A stretch of DNA of 64,000 nucleotides, taken from contig OY782781.1 in the NCBI GenBank assembly GCA_963678315.1, positions 2,016,001-2,080,000 of the forward strand, given 5' to 3'. The notes beneath the pieces are model-generated. The model did no database searches, had not been told where the DNA came from, and saw only the letters and a list, made by a program, of their open reading frames with translations. This document shows positions 1 through 9,507 of the stretch, one piece after another (the stretch's first letter is position 1; each line of letters begins with the position of its first letter). Origin of the DNA: Candidatus Cloacimonadales bacterium (GTDB lineage: Bacteria > Cloacimonadota > Cloacimonadia > Cloacimonadales > JAFGVF01). The position numbers and the translations under genes are program-made.

Positions 1-271
1 CTAATACAAGGAGACTAGGCTTATCTTTTCTTAGTATTTCAGTAATGTCTTTTTCAACTTTAGAAAAGAAATCTAAATGCTTAATAACTTCAACAAATCC
101 CATAACATTAAACTTTTCAAACTCAAAAAGAGATTGAAAACCGTGACTTGCCATTAATGGACCACCGACTCCATAATTATGAAAGTCACCTAGTTTGTTT
201 AATTCTTTTAAGGCGTATGATGCATGTAAGTCACCAGACTTTTCTCCTGCTATCCAGAAAATCTTATTCAT
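1..271 (-). CDS. lpxB: Lipid-A-disaccharide synthase, 5' part (runs off window)
   Basis: Hand translation from ATG at 271, which overlaps the ftsZ stop (TAATG): MNKIFWIAGEKSGDLHAS...GVGGPLM...VMGFVEVIKHL, the LpxB N-terminal motifs. Confidence 0.9.
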   Translation of the reverse strand, partial: MNKIFWIAGEKSGDLHASYALKELNKLGDFHNYGVGGPLMASHGFQSLFEFEKFNVMGFVEVIKHLDFFSKVEKDITEILRKDKPSLLVL

Positions 272-1467
272 TAATCTAAAGATTTAATCCATGGTGGAAT
301 ATCTGAAGGTAAAGAGGTCTTCTCTACTTTAGGTATTTCTTCAATCTCTGCTTCTGGGGTTGGTATTGATTTATATGCAACTGGAGTCTCTTCTTCAATA
401 GGCTTCTTCTTAGTCTGGATAGGTCTGCTGAAAGCGTTTATACTATCTAGTTCTATAGAAGTTTTTTGCTTTGAAGCTTTATATAAACTAGATGTTTCTT
501 TCTTATCACGTTTTTCCTCAATACCTGTAGCTAGAACTAAAACTTTAATTTTATCATCGTATAGAGGATCTAATAAAAGACCAAGATTGAATGATGCATT
601 TGGATCAGAGTGACTCTGAATAGTATTAGAAATATCTTCAATTTCTCTAGCTTTCATATCTTTACCTGAGAATATTGCAACAATTACAGATTTGCATCCT
701 TCAATTGAATAATCATCAAATAGTGGATTATTAATAGCTTGTTGAGCAGCATTAATAGCTCTATCTTCACCTTCAGATTCTCCAATGCCCATGATAGCAT
801 ATCCTTTGTTTTGAAGAATTGTATGAACATCAGAGAATTCAATATTAATCATACCAGCTTTATTGATAACTTCAATTAAACTAACAATGCCATTAAATAT
901 AATCATATTAGACTTGTTGAATGCTTCAACATAATCAAGATCATTAAAAAGTTGAGAGATTTTATTGTTAGGAACTACAATTAAAGCGTTAATTGTTTCA
1001 TACAGCTCGTCAATACCAGCTTCAGCATAATCACTTCTAACCTTACCTTCAAAGTTGAATGGCTTGGTTACAACTGCAATTGAAGCGATGTTTAACTCTT
1101 TAGCAGCAGCTGCTACTACTGGGGCTGCACCAGTTCCTGTTCCTCCACCCATTCCAGCAACAATAAACAACAAATTAGTACCTTGAATAGCTTCTTTAAT
1201 CTCTTCATAAGATTCTTCTGCTGCTTGCTTACCTATAGCTGGATTTGAACCAGCTCCTCTACCGTGGGTTGTCTTTGGACCAAGTTGAATCAAATTTAAT
1301 GCCTTAGATTTTTGAAGATCTTGCATATCTGTGTTCATAGCAATATATTCAACTTCATCATTATGATTTTCTATCATTGCGTTGATAGCGTTCCCGCCAG
1401 CACCACCAACACCAACTATCTTTATTTTAGTAGAAACAATATCAGGTGTTTCTTTTATTTCAAACAT
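271..1467 (-). CDS. ftsZ: Cell division protein FtsZ
   Basis: GVGGAGGNA, tubulin signature GMGGGTGTG, C-terminal DIPPW peptide. Confidence 0.98.
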   Translation of the reverse strand: MFEIKETPDIVSTKIKIVGVGGAGGNAINAMIENHNDEVEYIAMNTDMQDLQKSKALNLIQLGPKTTHGRGAGSNPAIGKQAAEESYEEIKEAIQGTNLLFIVAGMGGGTGTGAAPVVAAAAKELNIASIAVVTKPFNFEGKVRSDYAEAGIDELYETINALIVVPNNKISQLFNDLDYVEAFNKSNMIIFNGIVSLIEVINKAGMINIEFSDVHTILQNKGYAIMGIGESEGEDRAINAAQQAINNPLFDDYSIEGCKSVIVAIFSGKDMKAREIEDISNTIQSHSDPNASFNLGLLLDPLYDDKIKVLVLATGIEEKRDKKETSSLYKASKQKTSIELDSINAFSRPIQTKKKPIEEETPVAYKSIPTPEAEIEEIPKVEKTSLPSDIPPWIKSLD

Positions 1468-1475
1468 CTCTACTC

Positions 1476-2738
1476 CTATTCTGTAAAAAAGTTTTTAACT
1501 TTAGTAATTATATTATTAACTGTTTCTTTATTAATCTTTGGATTAATCCTATTTGTATGCTTCTCTGTTTTGTTGCTTAAAGCAAATATCAACATGCCGT
1601 AAGCAGTCGAAAACTCTAATGAATCTTCAACAATCTGTTCATTCTTGAAATACTCAGATTGTATCTGCCCTGTAATAATTGGTAAATTGAATACTTCTTT
1701 CGCAATTGCTTTGAAATAAGCAGACTGAACTGCATTACCTGTTAAGTACAAGCCAGATGATACCTCTTCAAAATCGTAGAATTTAACTAAGTTCTTGTAG
1801 TTCAATTCCAATATCTCTGTCACTCTACTGACAATAATATCTCTAATTAATTTTGATGGAACAGAATGACTTTCGCTTTGGTCATAACTAGCTAAGCTAA
1901 CAGGTTCATCCCAATTGTAATTGTCTTCAATAATGCTTCCTATCTCTTTCTTGAGTTTCTCAGCATGAGTTGGAGGGGTCTTCAAGATTGAATAAATATC
2001 ATTAGTTATCAAACTTGAACCACTCTCTATTGATGATACTAATTTAATATTGTTATTAATGAAGATCATTGAATCAGATAAAGCACTTCCAATATCTATA
2101 GTTACACAGCCAATCTCTCTATTCTCTTTGCTTGTAATTGCATAAGAAGAAGCAATTGGTGAAGCAATAAAGCCAGTTAAATTACATCCTGCTAGCTTAA
2201 ATGCTTTTCTGTAGTTCATAAGCTCTTTTTCTTTAGCAAGAATAAGAGTAATCTCACCATAGACTTTTTTTGCATTAAACATTACTGGGTGTTTATAAGT
2301 ATCTTCTGAATCATCTAATTTATAAGCCCTTGGAATTGTATGAATAATTTCATAACCTTCAAACTCTTCATTGTTAAGAACATCTTTCTTAATTTCGTCA
2401 GTAATACTGTTTAAATGAGCATCATTTATTTCGGTCATTGACCCATCTTCTGAAAGAGTATATTCCGTTGATTTATTGATGTGGATGATAGATGTCCCTG
2501 AAATATTAGTATATATTTCAGTTGAAGTAGCTTCTGATTCCTTGATTAACCTTGATGTAATTTCATTTATTTGTTTGGATAAGTCATTGATATCATTAAT
2601 TCTTCCATTCTTTACACCAATGCTTTTAGTTGTTGCAGTACTTAAAATCTCTAGTTTTCTATCATCAGTTACCGAAGCAATTGCCCCTTTAATAGTACTG
2701 TTTCCCACATCAATTACAGTTAATACTCTATCACTCAT
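1476..2738 (-). CDS. ftsA: Cell division protein FtsA
   Basis: IDVGNSTI and IDIGS actin-fold motifs; sits between ftsQ and ftsZ. Confidence 0.93.
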   Translation of the reverse strand: MSDRVLTVIDVGNSTIKGAIASVTDDRKLEILSTATTKSIGVKNGRINDINDLSKQINEITSRLIKESEATSTEIYTNISGTSIIHINKSTEYTLSEDGSMTEINDAHLNSITDEIKKDVLNNEEFEGYEIIHTIPRAYKLDDSEDTYKHPVMFNAKKVYGEITLILAKEKELMNYRKAFKLAGCNLTGFIASPIASSYAITSKENREIGCVTIDIGSALSDSMIFINNNIKLVSSIESGSSLITNDIYSILKTPPTHAEKLKKEIGSIIEDNYNWDEPVSLASYDQSESHSVPSKLIRDIIVSRVTEILELNYKNLVKFYDFEEVSSGLYLTGNAVQSAYFKAIAKEVFNLPIITGQIQSEYFKNEQIVEDSLEFSTAYGMLIFALSNKTEKHTNRINPKINKETVNNIITKVKNFFTE

Positions 2739-2750
2739 CTGTATCTCCGC

Positions 2751-3503
2751 TTAATATTTGTTTTTCCGTGTAATAATTCTGTCTTTAAATGTGAAGTCTA
2801 TATATAAATCTTCACAATAGGATGAAGAATATTTTTCATACAAATCGATTTTGTAAGCTAAATCTTCTTCTCCAAAGTTGATTACTGATGCAGTATAAAT
2901 ATCCCTGATTAAACAATAATCATCTTTAATAAACATATCTGAAATTTTATTAGCAAAACTTGGGTTTGCACTTACAAGTTTATCGTAATAATTCTTTAAT
3001 CTAACTATCTCATCATCATTAATATTCTCACCAAAAACATTGTTAGTATCTTGTGCACTAGCAATTATAATTGGTACTGAATTATCTAAATAACCTTCAT
3101 TAAGGTCTTCAAGCAAAGTTAATTCTCTGTCTATATAATAGAAGTTTCTATTATTATAATTAATTGCCAAAATAGGCTTTCTTATATCATATTTTACAAG
3201 TAATTCATTAGGAAGCTTCCTGTAGAACTTGCAATTCTGTACAACTGGGAAGTTATCTATTAAGTCACCTTCTCCGCTTTCTCTGTCAATACTAAAAAGG
3301 TTTTCGTCATTGTATTTATACAAAAACTCTTCAATATCAAAGCTTAACTCAAGATTTTGTCCTTCAACTACGACGTTATCTATTTCGAAAACATTTATAC
3401 TTTTCATGATTTCGAAAGTTATGTATCCTACTGTTAATGAACCAAAAACAATTAGGAAGAATATGAATATATATTTTGAATAACTTTTTCTAACTCTTGG
3501 CAT
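2751..3503 (-). CDS. ftsQ: FtsQ/DivIB family protein
   Basis: Single N-terminal TM, POTRA-like segment (FEIDNVVVEG...RKLPNEL), dcw position. Confidence 0.85.
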   Translation of the reverse strand: MPRVRKSYSKYIFIFFLIVFGSLTVGYITFEIMKSINVFEIDNVVVEGQNLELSFDIEEFLYKYNDENLFSIDRESGEGDLIDNFPVVQNCKFYRKLPNELLVKYDIRKPILAINYNNRNFYYIDRELTLLEDLNEGYLDNSVPIIIASAQDTNNVFGENINDDEIVRLKNYYDKLVSANPSFANKISDMFIKDDYCLIRDIYTASVINFGEEDLAYKIDLYEKYSSSYCEDLYIDFTFKDRIITRKNKY

Positions 3504-4866
3504 GTAAATCTTCTAAAATATGCGTTCCGAACTCGTAGATTCTTCCAGCTCCCATGGTAATAAAAATATCTCCATCTTGAAGCTCTTCTTTTACTGTGTT
3601 AACGATTTTATCATTTGAATCAATGAATGTCACATTACGATGGCCAGAAGCTATAGCTTCGTTAGCAATTAATTCACCAGTTACACCAGCTATTGGAGCT
3701 TCTCTTGCAGGATATATAGGTGCTATGAATAACTTATCACATGAGAAGAATGATCGGCCAAACTCTTTGGCAAAATCTCTAGTCCTTGAATATAAGTGAG
3801 GTTGGAATAAGACAACAATTCTTCTTGAAGTAGAATCTCTAAATCCGTCTAAAGTAGCACTTATCTCTGTTGGATGATGTGCGTAATCATCAAAGAAAGA
3901 TATACCTGCAACTGAACCTTTATTCTCAAATCTGCGATAGACACCTTTGAATTCAGCAAGACCTGCTTTTATATCTTCAAAAGGAACATTTAACTCCAAT
4001 CCACATGCACAAGCTAGAAGAGAATTAAGTATGTTGTGTTTTCCGGTTACTTGCATTGAAATTCTACCAAGTTTGTAGTTCTTATATATCAGATCATAAG
4101 ATGAAGTAAAATCTACCATTTGGAAGTTCTCAGCTCTTACATCAGCTTGTTTAGAAAAACCGTAAGTCATGATATTTTTGGTAATCTTAGGTAAAATTGA
4201 TTGAACACCCTTATCATCCAAACATGCTATAACAGTACCAAAGAAAGGTACTTTCTCTGCATAACTTAAAAAAGCACTTTTTATATCGTCAAGATTCTTA
4301 TAACAATCAAGATGATCGGCATCAATGTTTGTTATACCTGCAATAATAGGGGAGAGGGTTAAGAAAGAATGATCATATTCATCTGCTTCCACAACAATGT
4401 ATTTGCCCGAACCCATTAAGTTATTTGAGCCAAGGTTCTTAACTTTACCACCAACAATGATTGTTGGTTCAAGCTTGGCCTTTTCTAACATGATACCAAC
4501 CATAGAGGTAGTTGTAGTTTTGCCATGTGTACCTGCAATGCCAATACTATAACTCATTCTAGTTATCTCAGCTAGCATTTCGGCTCTTCTTATAACAGGA
4601 ATCCTTAACTTGGTTGCAGCTTGTATCTCTGGATTATCACATTTTACAGCTGATGAGCGAACTACAACATCAACGTCAGTTAGGTTCTCAGGTGAGTGAC
4701 CTTCAACAACAGAAATCCCAATATCTTCTAAGTGTTGAGTAATATCAGATTTCTTCATGTCTGAGCCTGTAATTATTAGCCCTTGGTTGAATAGTAGTTC
4801 TGCTATACTACTCATACCTATTCCACCTATCCCAACAAAATGTATTTTCTTTGTACTTCCAAGCAT
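3490..4866 (-). CDS. murC: UDP-N-acetylmuramate--L-alanine ligase
   Basis: HFVGIGGIGMS, GTHGKTTT, EADEYD, DDYAHHPTEI. Confidence 0.98.
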   Translation of the reverse strand: MLGSTKKIHFVGIGGIGMSSIAELLFNQGLIITGSDMKKSDITQHLEDIGISVVEGHSPENLTDVDVVVRSSAVKCDNPEIQAATKLRIPVIRRAEMLAEITRMSYSIGIAGTHGKTTTTSMVGIMLEKAKLEPTIIVGGKVKNLGSNNLMGSGKYIVVEADEYDHSFLTLSPIIAGITNIDADHLDCYKNLDDIKSAFLSYAEKVPFFGTVIACLDDKGVQSILPKITKNIMTYGFSKQADVRAENFQMVDFTSSYDLIYKNYKLGRISMQVTGKHNILNSLLACACGLELNVPFEDIKAGLAEFKGVYRRFENKGSVAGISFFDDYAHHPTEISATLDGFRDSTSRRIVVLFQPHLYSRTRDFAKEFGRSFFSCDKLFIAPIYPAREAPIAGVTGELIANEAIASGHRNVTFIDSNDKIVNTVKEELQDGDIFITMGAGRIYEFGTHILEDLHAKS

Positions 4867-4875
4867 ATCAACCTC

Positions 4876-5937
4876 TTAAATGTTCTCTAGTATCTTATTA
4901 ACAATAACTTTTACAGCAGTTAAATGAATACACTTAGAAAAATTATTTCTATAGCTGTTTATGTTATTTATCATGCTATCTATTTCATTAATAAAGGAAT
5001 TATCGTCAAGATTATTTTGATTTAAAGTTTTAGCTAAACCTTTATCTTCTTGCTCTATTGCATTTTTGCTTTGATGATCTTCTGCTGACGTTGGTAGAGG
5101 AATGAAAATAGCAGGTATTTTCTTTGCTTCTAATTCAGCAATTGTAAGAGCTCCAGAGCGACAAATAGCAATATCTGCTAAATTATAATACTTATCTATT
5201 TCATAAGAAAAATCAAACATAAGAAGATTAGCATAGTTTGTGTTTTTATCATTAAATCTATGGAATGTGTTCTTTCCTAATTGCCAAATCACATTGTAAT
5301 GCTTAGTAAGATAATCAAGCTTTCTATCAATTAGATTATTTAGAAAAAGAGAACCTTGGCTTCCTCCTATGATGAAGATGGTTTTCTTATTTGAAGATAA
5401 GCCTATTTCAGTTAAGTCAAACTTTCTTTCAGAACTTACAATATTCTTATTGATAGGATTGCCACTATATACTAAATTGTCTGAATGTAGGTACTTTTTT
5501 GCATTCTGCTGTCCAATAAATATAAACTTGCTCTTTCTTGCTAGTAATCTGGTAGTTAAGCCAGGATAGCTGTTTTGTTCTTGCAAGAAGATTGGAACTC
5601 CCTTTCTAAAGGCTACATATCCTCCAGGTCCACTTACAAAACCACCTGTTCCAATGTAGGCATCAGGCTTAAAACTATTGAACAGTCTTCTTACTTTTAA
5701 AACACTATTAAATAGCTTAATTGGAAATAATAAATGCTTAATAGTTATTCTTCTATATAGTTTTTGAACGTTGATAGGGAAGAAATCAAAGCCTTTTTTT
5801 TCAGCTATAGCTTGTTCCATACTATCCTTGTTGCCTAAATAAAGCACTTCATGTCCTTGCTCTTTCAGTTCTGTAGCAACATTTATGGCTGGGACTATAT
5901 GCCCGCCAGTTCCTCCTGCAGATATTATAAATCTCAT
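4876..5937 (-). CDS. murG: Lipid II GlcNAc transferase
   Basis: GGTGGH, GGFVSGP, EQN, GGSQG, RSGA. Confidence 0.97.
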   Translation of the reverse strand: MRFIISAGGTGGHIVPAINVATELKEQGHEVLYLGNKDSMEQAIAEKKGFDFFPINVQKLYRRITIKHLLFPIKLFNSVLKVRRLFNSFKPDAYIGTGGFVSGPGGYVAFRKGVPIFLQEQNSYPGLTTRLLARKSKFIFIGQQNAKKYLHSDNLVYSGNPINKNIVSSERKFDLTEIGLSSNKKTIFIIGGSQGSLFLNNLIDRKLDYLTKHYNVIWQLGKNTFHRFNDKNTNYANLLMFDFSYEIDKYYNLADIAICRSGALTIAELEAKKIPAIFIPLPTSAEDHQSKNAIEQEDKGLAKTLNQNNLDDNSFINEIDSMINNINSYRNNFSKCIHLTAVKVIVNKILENI

Positions 5938-7079
5938 TCTTGCTCCAAATCTTTAAGTTCTAAAAGCTTTAATATTAATACCAAACTTAAAGAATCAAAT
6001 AAAAAGGCTGTTCCTCCGTAGCTTATAAATGGAAGAGATACACCTGTTGACGGTAGAACTGAAATTGCAACACCAGTGTTAACAACAACAGTAATAATTA
6101 AATTAAAACAAAGACCCATTGCAAAATATCTATAAAAGACATCTTCTATTTTAAATGACCTAATCAGCAATCCAAACAATAGAAATGCATATAGAGCTAG
6201 AACTAATACTGCAACAATGAAACCTGAAACATCACATATTAGTGTGAAAATGTAGTCTGTGTTACTCTCGGAAACATACTGTTTTAATGTGTTAGTAAAC
6301 TTTTCTTCATTGCCGAATAGCTTTCCACAGGATATAGCAATTAAACTCTCTTTAACTTGTCTTTCTTCATCAGCAGTTACTTTAACTTCATCACGGTAAG
6401 GGTTTATTAGCATATACTTTTTATAAACTCTTAGTCTTTTAAATCTGTAAGACTTACCAAGCATAAAGATAGCTGAAACCCCTATTAGAACAATCAAAAG
6501 CATTATTAAGATAGTTTTTAATCGTAATCCTGCTATAACAAAGAGTAGGAATATTGAAAGAAATGTAATAATTAACACACTTAAATGAGGTTCTATGAAT
6601 ATAACGATACCAGAAGTAACGACATAGATTAAAGAAAGATAATTCTTCTTCAAAAAAAGGACTAAGTTATTTTCTCTTATAATATCCAAGTTTTTAGATA
6701 TCACATAACTTGAGATACCAATCATGACAATTCTTGAATAATAACTAGGCTGAAAAGAACCAAAACCAAATAAGTTTAAACGTCTAACAGCCCCCTTTGT
6801 TGATTCTCCAACAATAAGAACAATAACAATTAGAAAAAAGGACACTGCTATATGGAATATAGGAATCTTTAATTTAGGAAAGGGAAACTTTATGATTCGT
6901 TCTGCTGACTGAAATTTAAACAGATAGAAACTAATAAGAGCAATAACTACATTTTTGATAGTTTGATTAATAGTATAGCTGTCTCCTTTAGCTTGGTTAA
7001 GGTAATAGAGAAACACCAGTCCCATAACTGACATAAGCACGTAAATCAAAAAGTAGATGTTATTTTTATGCTTTTCCAT
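5934..7079 (-). CDS. ftsW: SEDS family peptidoglycan polymerase FtsW
   Basis: Multi-TM; GAVRRL, FQPS, TDYIF, TGVSLPFISYGG. Confidence 0.92.
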   Translation of the reverse strand: MEKHKNNIYFLIYVLMSVMGLVFLYYLNQAKGDSYTINQTIKNVVIALISFYLFKFQSAERIIKFPFPKLKIPIFHIAVSFFLIVIVLIVGESTKGAVRRLNLFGFGSFQPSYYSRIVMIGISSYVISKNLDIIRENNLVLFLKKNYLSLIYVVTSGIVIFIEPHLSVLIITFLSIFLLFVIAGLRLKTILIMLLIVLIGVSAIFMLGKSYRFKRLRVYKKYMLINPYRDEVKVTADEERQVKESLIAISCGKLFGNEEKFTNTLKQYVSESNTDYIFTLICDVSGFIVAVLVLALYAFLLFGLLIRSFKIEDVFYRYFAMGLCFNLIITVVVNTGVAISVLPSTGVSLPFISYGGTAFLFDSLSLVLILKLLELKDLEQE

Positions 7080-8397
7080 CTTTAATCCTAGCTACAATTT
7101 CTTTGAAGCAGTCTCCTCGGTGCTCGAAATTATTGAACATATCATAGCTTGCACATGCAGGTGATAAAAGCACAATGTCATCTTTTACTGCATCATTATA
7201 GGCATTCTCAACAGCATCAAAGAGAGAGCTAAAGGCTTGAACATTATCTAATGAAGCAAAAGCTAGTTGCATTTTCTCAGTGGTTGCACCGATTAAATAG
7301 ATCTTCTTTGCATAAGAAGTTAAGGAAGGAAGAAGTATGGAGAAGTCTTCGCCTTTATCAGACCCACCTAATATTATCCTAACTTTCTTGTTAAAAGCAT
7401 CTAGGGCATATTTAACAGAGTCTGTATTGGTAGCTTTAGAATCATTAATAAAAGTAATATTATTAATTGTATCAACAAGTTCTAGTCTATGGTTTAAACC
7501 TTTAAAATTAGTTAAGTAGTTCTGTATATCATAGTCACTAAAGTTTATGTTAATACTTGATATGCATAGTAGACTTGCCATAAGATTTAAGATATTGTGT
7601 TTTCCCGGGAGTTTGAATGATTGCATATCAATGTTATGTTGAGAGAAGGATATCTTATTGTCTTTTAGAGTAATATCCTTTGAGTCAAAGAGGGAGAAGT
7701 ATTTGATTGTGCCATTAATAGTAGACACAAACTTATCAATCTGTACATCATTTTGTAATATTATAGTAGTATCAGTTGAACTTTGATTTTTTGTAATATT
7801 GAATTTAGTTTGAGAGTAGTGGTCAAAAGAATCATATCTATTTAGATGGTCGGGAGTTATGTTTAAAATAACTGCAACATCTGCTTTAAAAGAATCTACT
7901 AAATCAAGTTGGAATGAACTTAATTCTAGCACAATATAATCATAATAGTCTTTTTCAATGTCAAGACTCGTAAAGGCAGTACCAATATTTCCAGCTAGGG
8001 CAGTTTTGTAGCCTAAACTTGTTAGAAGGTGGTGAATTAGTGTTACAGTAGTACTTTTGCCGTTAGAACCTGTAACAGCAATAATCTTTGCATTCTTGTT
8101 CATTATTCTGTAACCAAATTCTATTTCGCTAATGAGCTCTTTACCTCTTTTTCTTAATTCTTGGATGATGTCTGAATTGAGAGGAATTCCAGGAGATACG
8201 ATGAATGTATCATAAGCAAAAATCTTATCAGTATGACCACCAACTTCATAAGAGTAACCTTCTAAATCAGAGCTTTTAATTCCTAATTGTTCTAAGCTCT
8301 TTAGCTCTGAAGCAAATGTTTCATAACCTAATGCTGTGGCTTTTTTTAATGCTGCAATTCCACTTTTAGCAAGTCCAAGAATACATACCTTATCCAT
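7066..8397 (-). CDS. murD: UDP-MurNAc-L-Ala--D-glutamate ligase
   Basis: VTGSNGKST, ELSSFQL, NDSKATN, LSPACASYD. Confidence 0.97.
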   Translation of the reverse strand: MDKVCILGLAKSGIAALKKATALGYETFASELKSLEQLGIKSSDLEGYSYEVGGHTDKIFAYDTFIVSPGIPLNSDIIQELRKRGKELISEIEFGYRIMNKNAKIIAVTGSNGKSTTVTLIHHLLTSLGYKTALAGNIGTAFTSLDIEKDYYDYIVLELSSFQLDLVDSFKADVAVILNITPDHLNRYDSFDHYSQTKFNITKNQSSTDTTIILQNDVQIDKFVSTINGTIKYFSLFDSKDITLKDNKISFSQHNIDMQSFKLPGKHNILNLMASLLCISSININFSDYDIQNYLTNFKGLNHRLELVDTINNITFINDSKATNTDSVKYALDAFNKKVRIILGGSDKGEDFSILLPSLTSYAKKIYLIGATTEKMQLAFASLDNVQAFSSLFDAVENAYNDAVKDDIVLLSPACASYDMFNNFEHRGDCFKEIVARIKDGKA

Positions 8398-8406
8398 TAA
8401 TCTCTC

Positions 8407-9507
8407 CTATCGAAGTTTTATAGTGCTTAATCCAATTACAAGGAATAAAATTGATACGATCCAGAATCTAACAACTATTTTTGATTCAGCTATACCTTTG
8501 AGTTCATAGTGATGATGAAGAGGTGCCATTTTGAAGACTCTTCTACCAGTTCCATATTTTCTTTTTGTATATCTAAAATATCTTCTTTGTATAATAACAC
8601 TCATTGCTTCAGCGATGAAGATAACACCTACAATGGCAAAGAATATCTCTTCTTTAATTAGAATTGAAATCATGGCTAAGATACCACCAAGGGGAAGAGA
8701 TCCAGTGTCTCCCATGAATATCTCAGCAGGTCTAGTATTATACCACAGAAAACCAATCAATGTCCCAACCAAAGCTGCAATAAAAACAGTGATTTCACCT
8801 GCATTTTCTATGAATCCTAAGTTAAGGTAGCCAGCATAATTGACATTACCCTTGAGATAGGACATAATACCTAAACCTGTAGCAACAATTGCTGAAATGC
8901 CTTCAGCAAGACCGTCAAGGCCATTGGTTAAGTTAACTGCATTTGAAGATCCAACAATCATGAATAAAACTAATGGAATAAAGGTTAGACCAAGGTATAT
9001 TGAAACATGTTTGAAGAATGGTACACCAATTGATGCTAGATGATTACTGTCAGGGTTAAAATACAAATAGCTTGCAATAATTAGAGATAAAGAAACTTGT
9101 CCAATCAACTTGTAAACTGGGATTAGTCCTTTCTTTGAATTAGCAAAATTCTTAAGATAATCATCAAGGAAACCCACTCCTCCAAGCCATATAGTTGATA
9201 GATAGAGTATCCAGATATAGCTGTTATCCATTCTAGTCCATATAAAGGATGCTCCTAACAAAGCAAAAAGTATAATCAAGCCTCCCATTGTAGGAGTTCC
9301 ACTTTTAGATTGATGCCTATCAGGCATATCTTCATCAATTGTTTCAGTTGCTTTATGATTTTTAAGAGTTTTAATTAGCACTGGAGCTAAAAAGTAAGTG
9401 AAAATTAAGGCAGTGATAAAAGCTCCTGCAGATCTAAAAGTAACATAACTAAAGATTCTGAGAGGGTTATCTGAATTAAAGAAATTACTAAACAAATGAT
9501 ACAGCAT
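8407..9507 (-). CDS. mraY: Phospho-MurNAc-pentapeptide transferase
   Basis: KSGTPTMGG, GFLDDY, NAVNLTNGLDG, FMGDTGS, APLHHHYE. Confidence 0.97.
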   Translation of the reverse strand: MLYHLFSNFFNSDNPLRIFSYVTFRSAGAFITALIFTYFLAPVLIKTLKNHKATETIDEDMPDRHQSKSGTPTMGGLIILFALLGASFIWTRMDNSYIWILYLSTIWLGGVGFLDDYLKNFANSKKGLIPVYKLIGQVSLSLIIASYLYFNPDSNHLASIGVPFFKHVSIYLGLTFIPLVLFMIVGSSNAVNLTNGLDGLAEGISAIVATGLGIMSYLKGNVNYAGYLNLGFIENAGEITVFIAALVGTLIGFLWYNTRPAEIFMGDTGSLPLGGILAMISILIKEEIFFAIVGVIFIAEAMSVIIQRRYFRYTKRKYGTGRRVFKMAPLHHHYELKGIAESKIVVRFWIVSILFLVIGLSTIKLR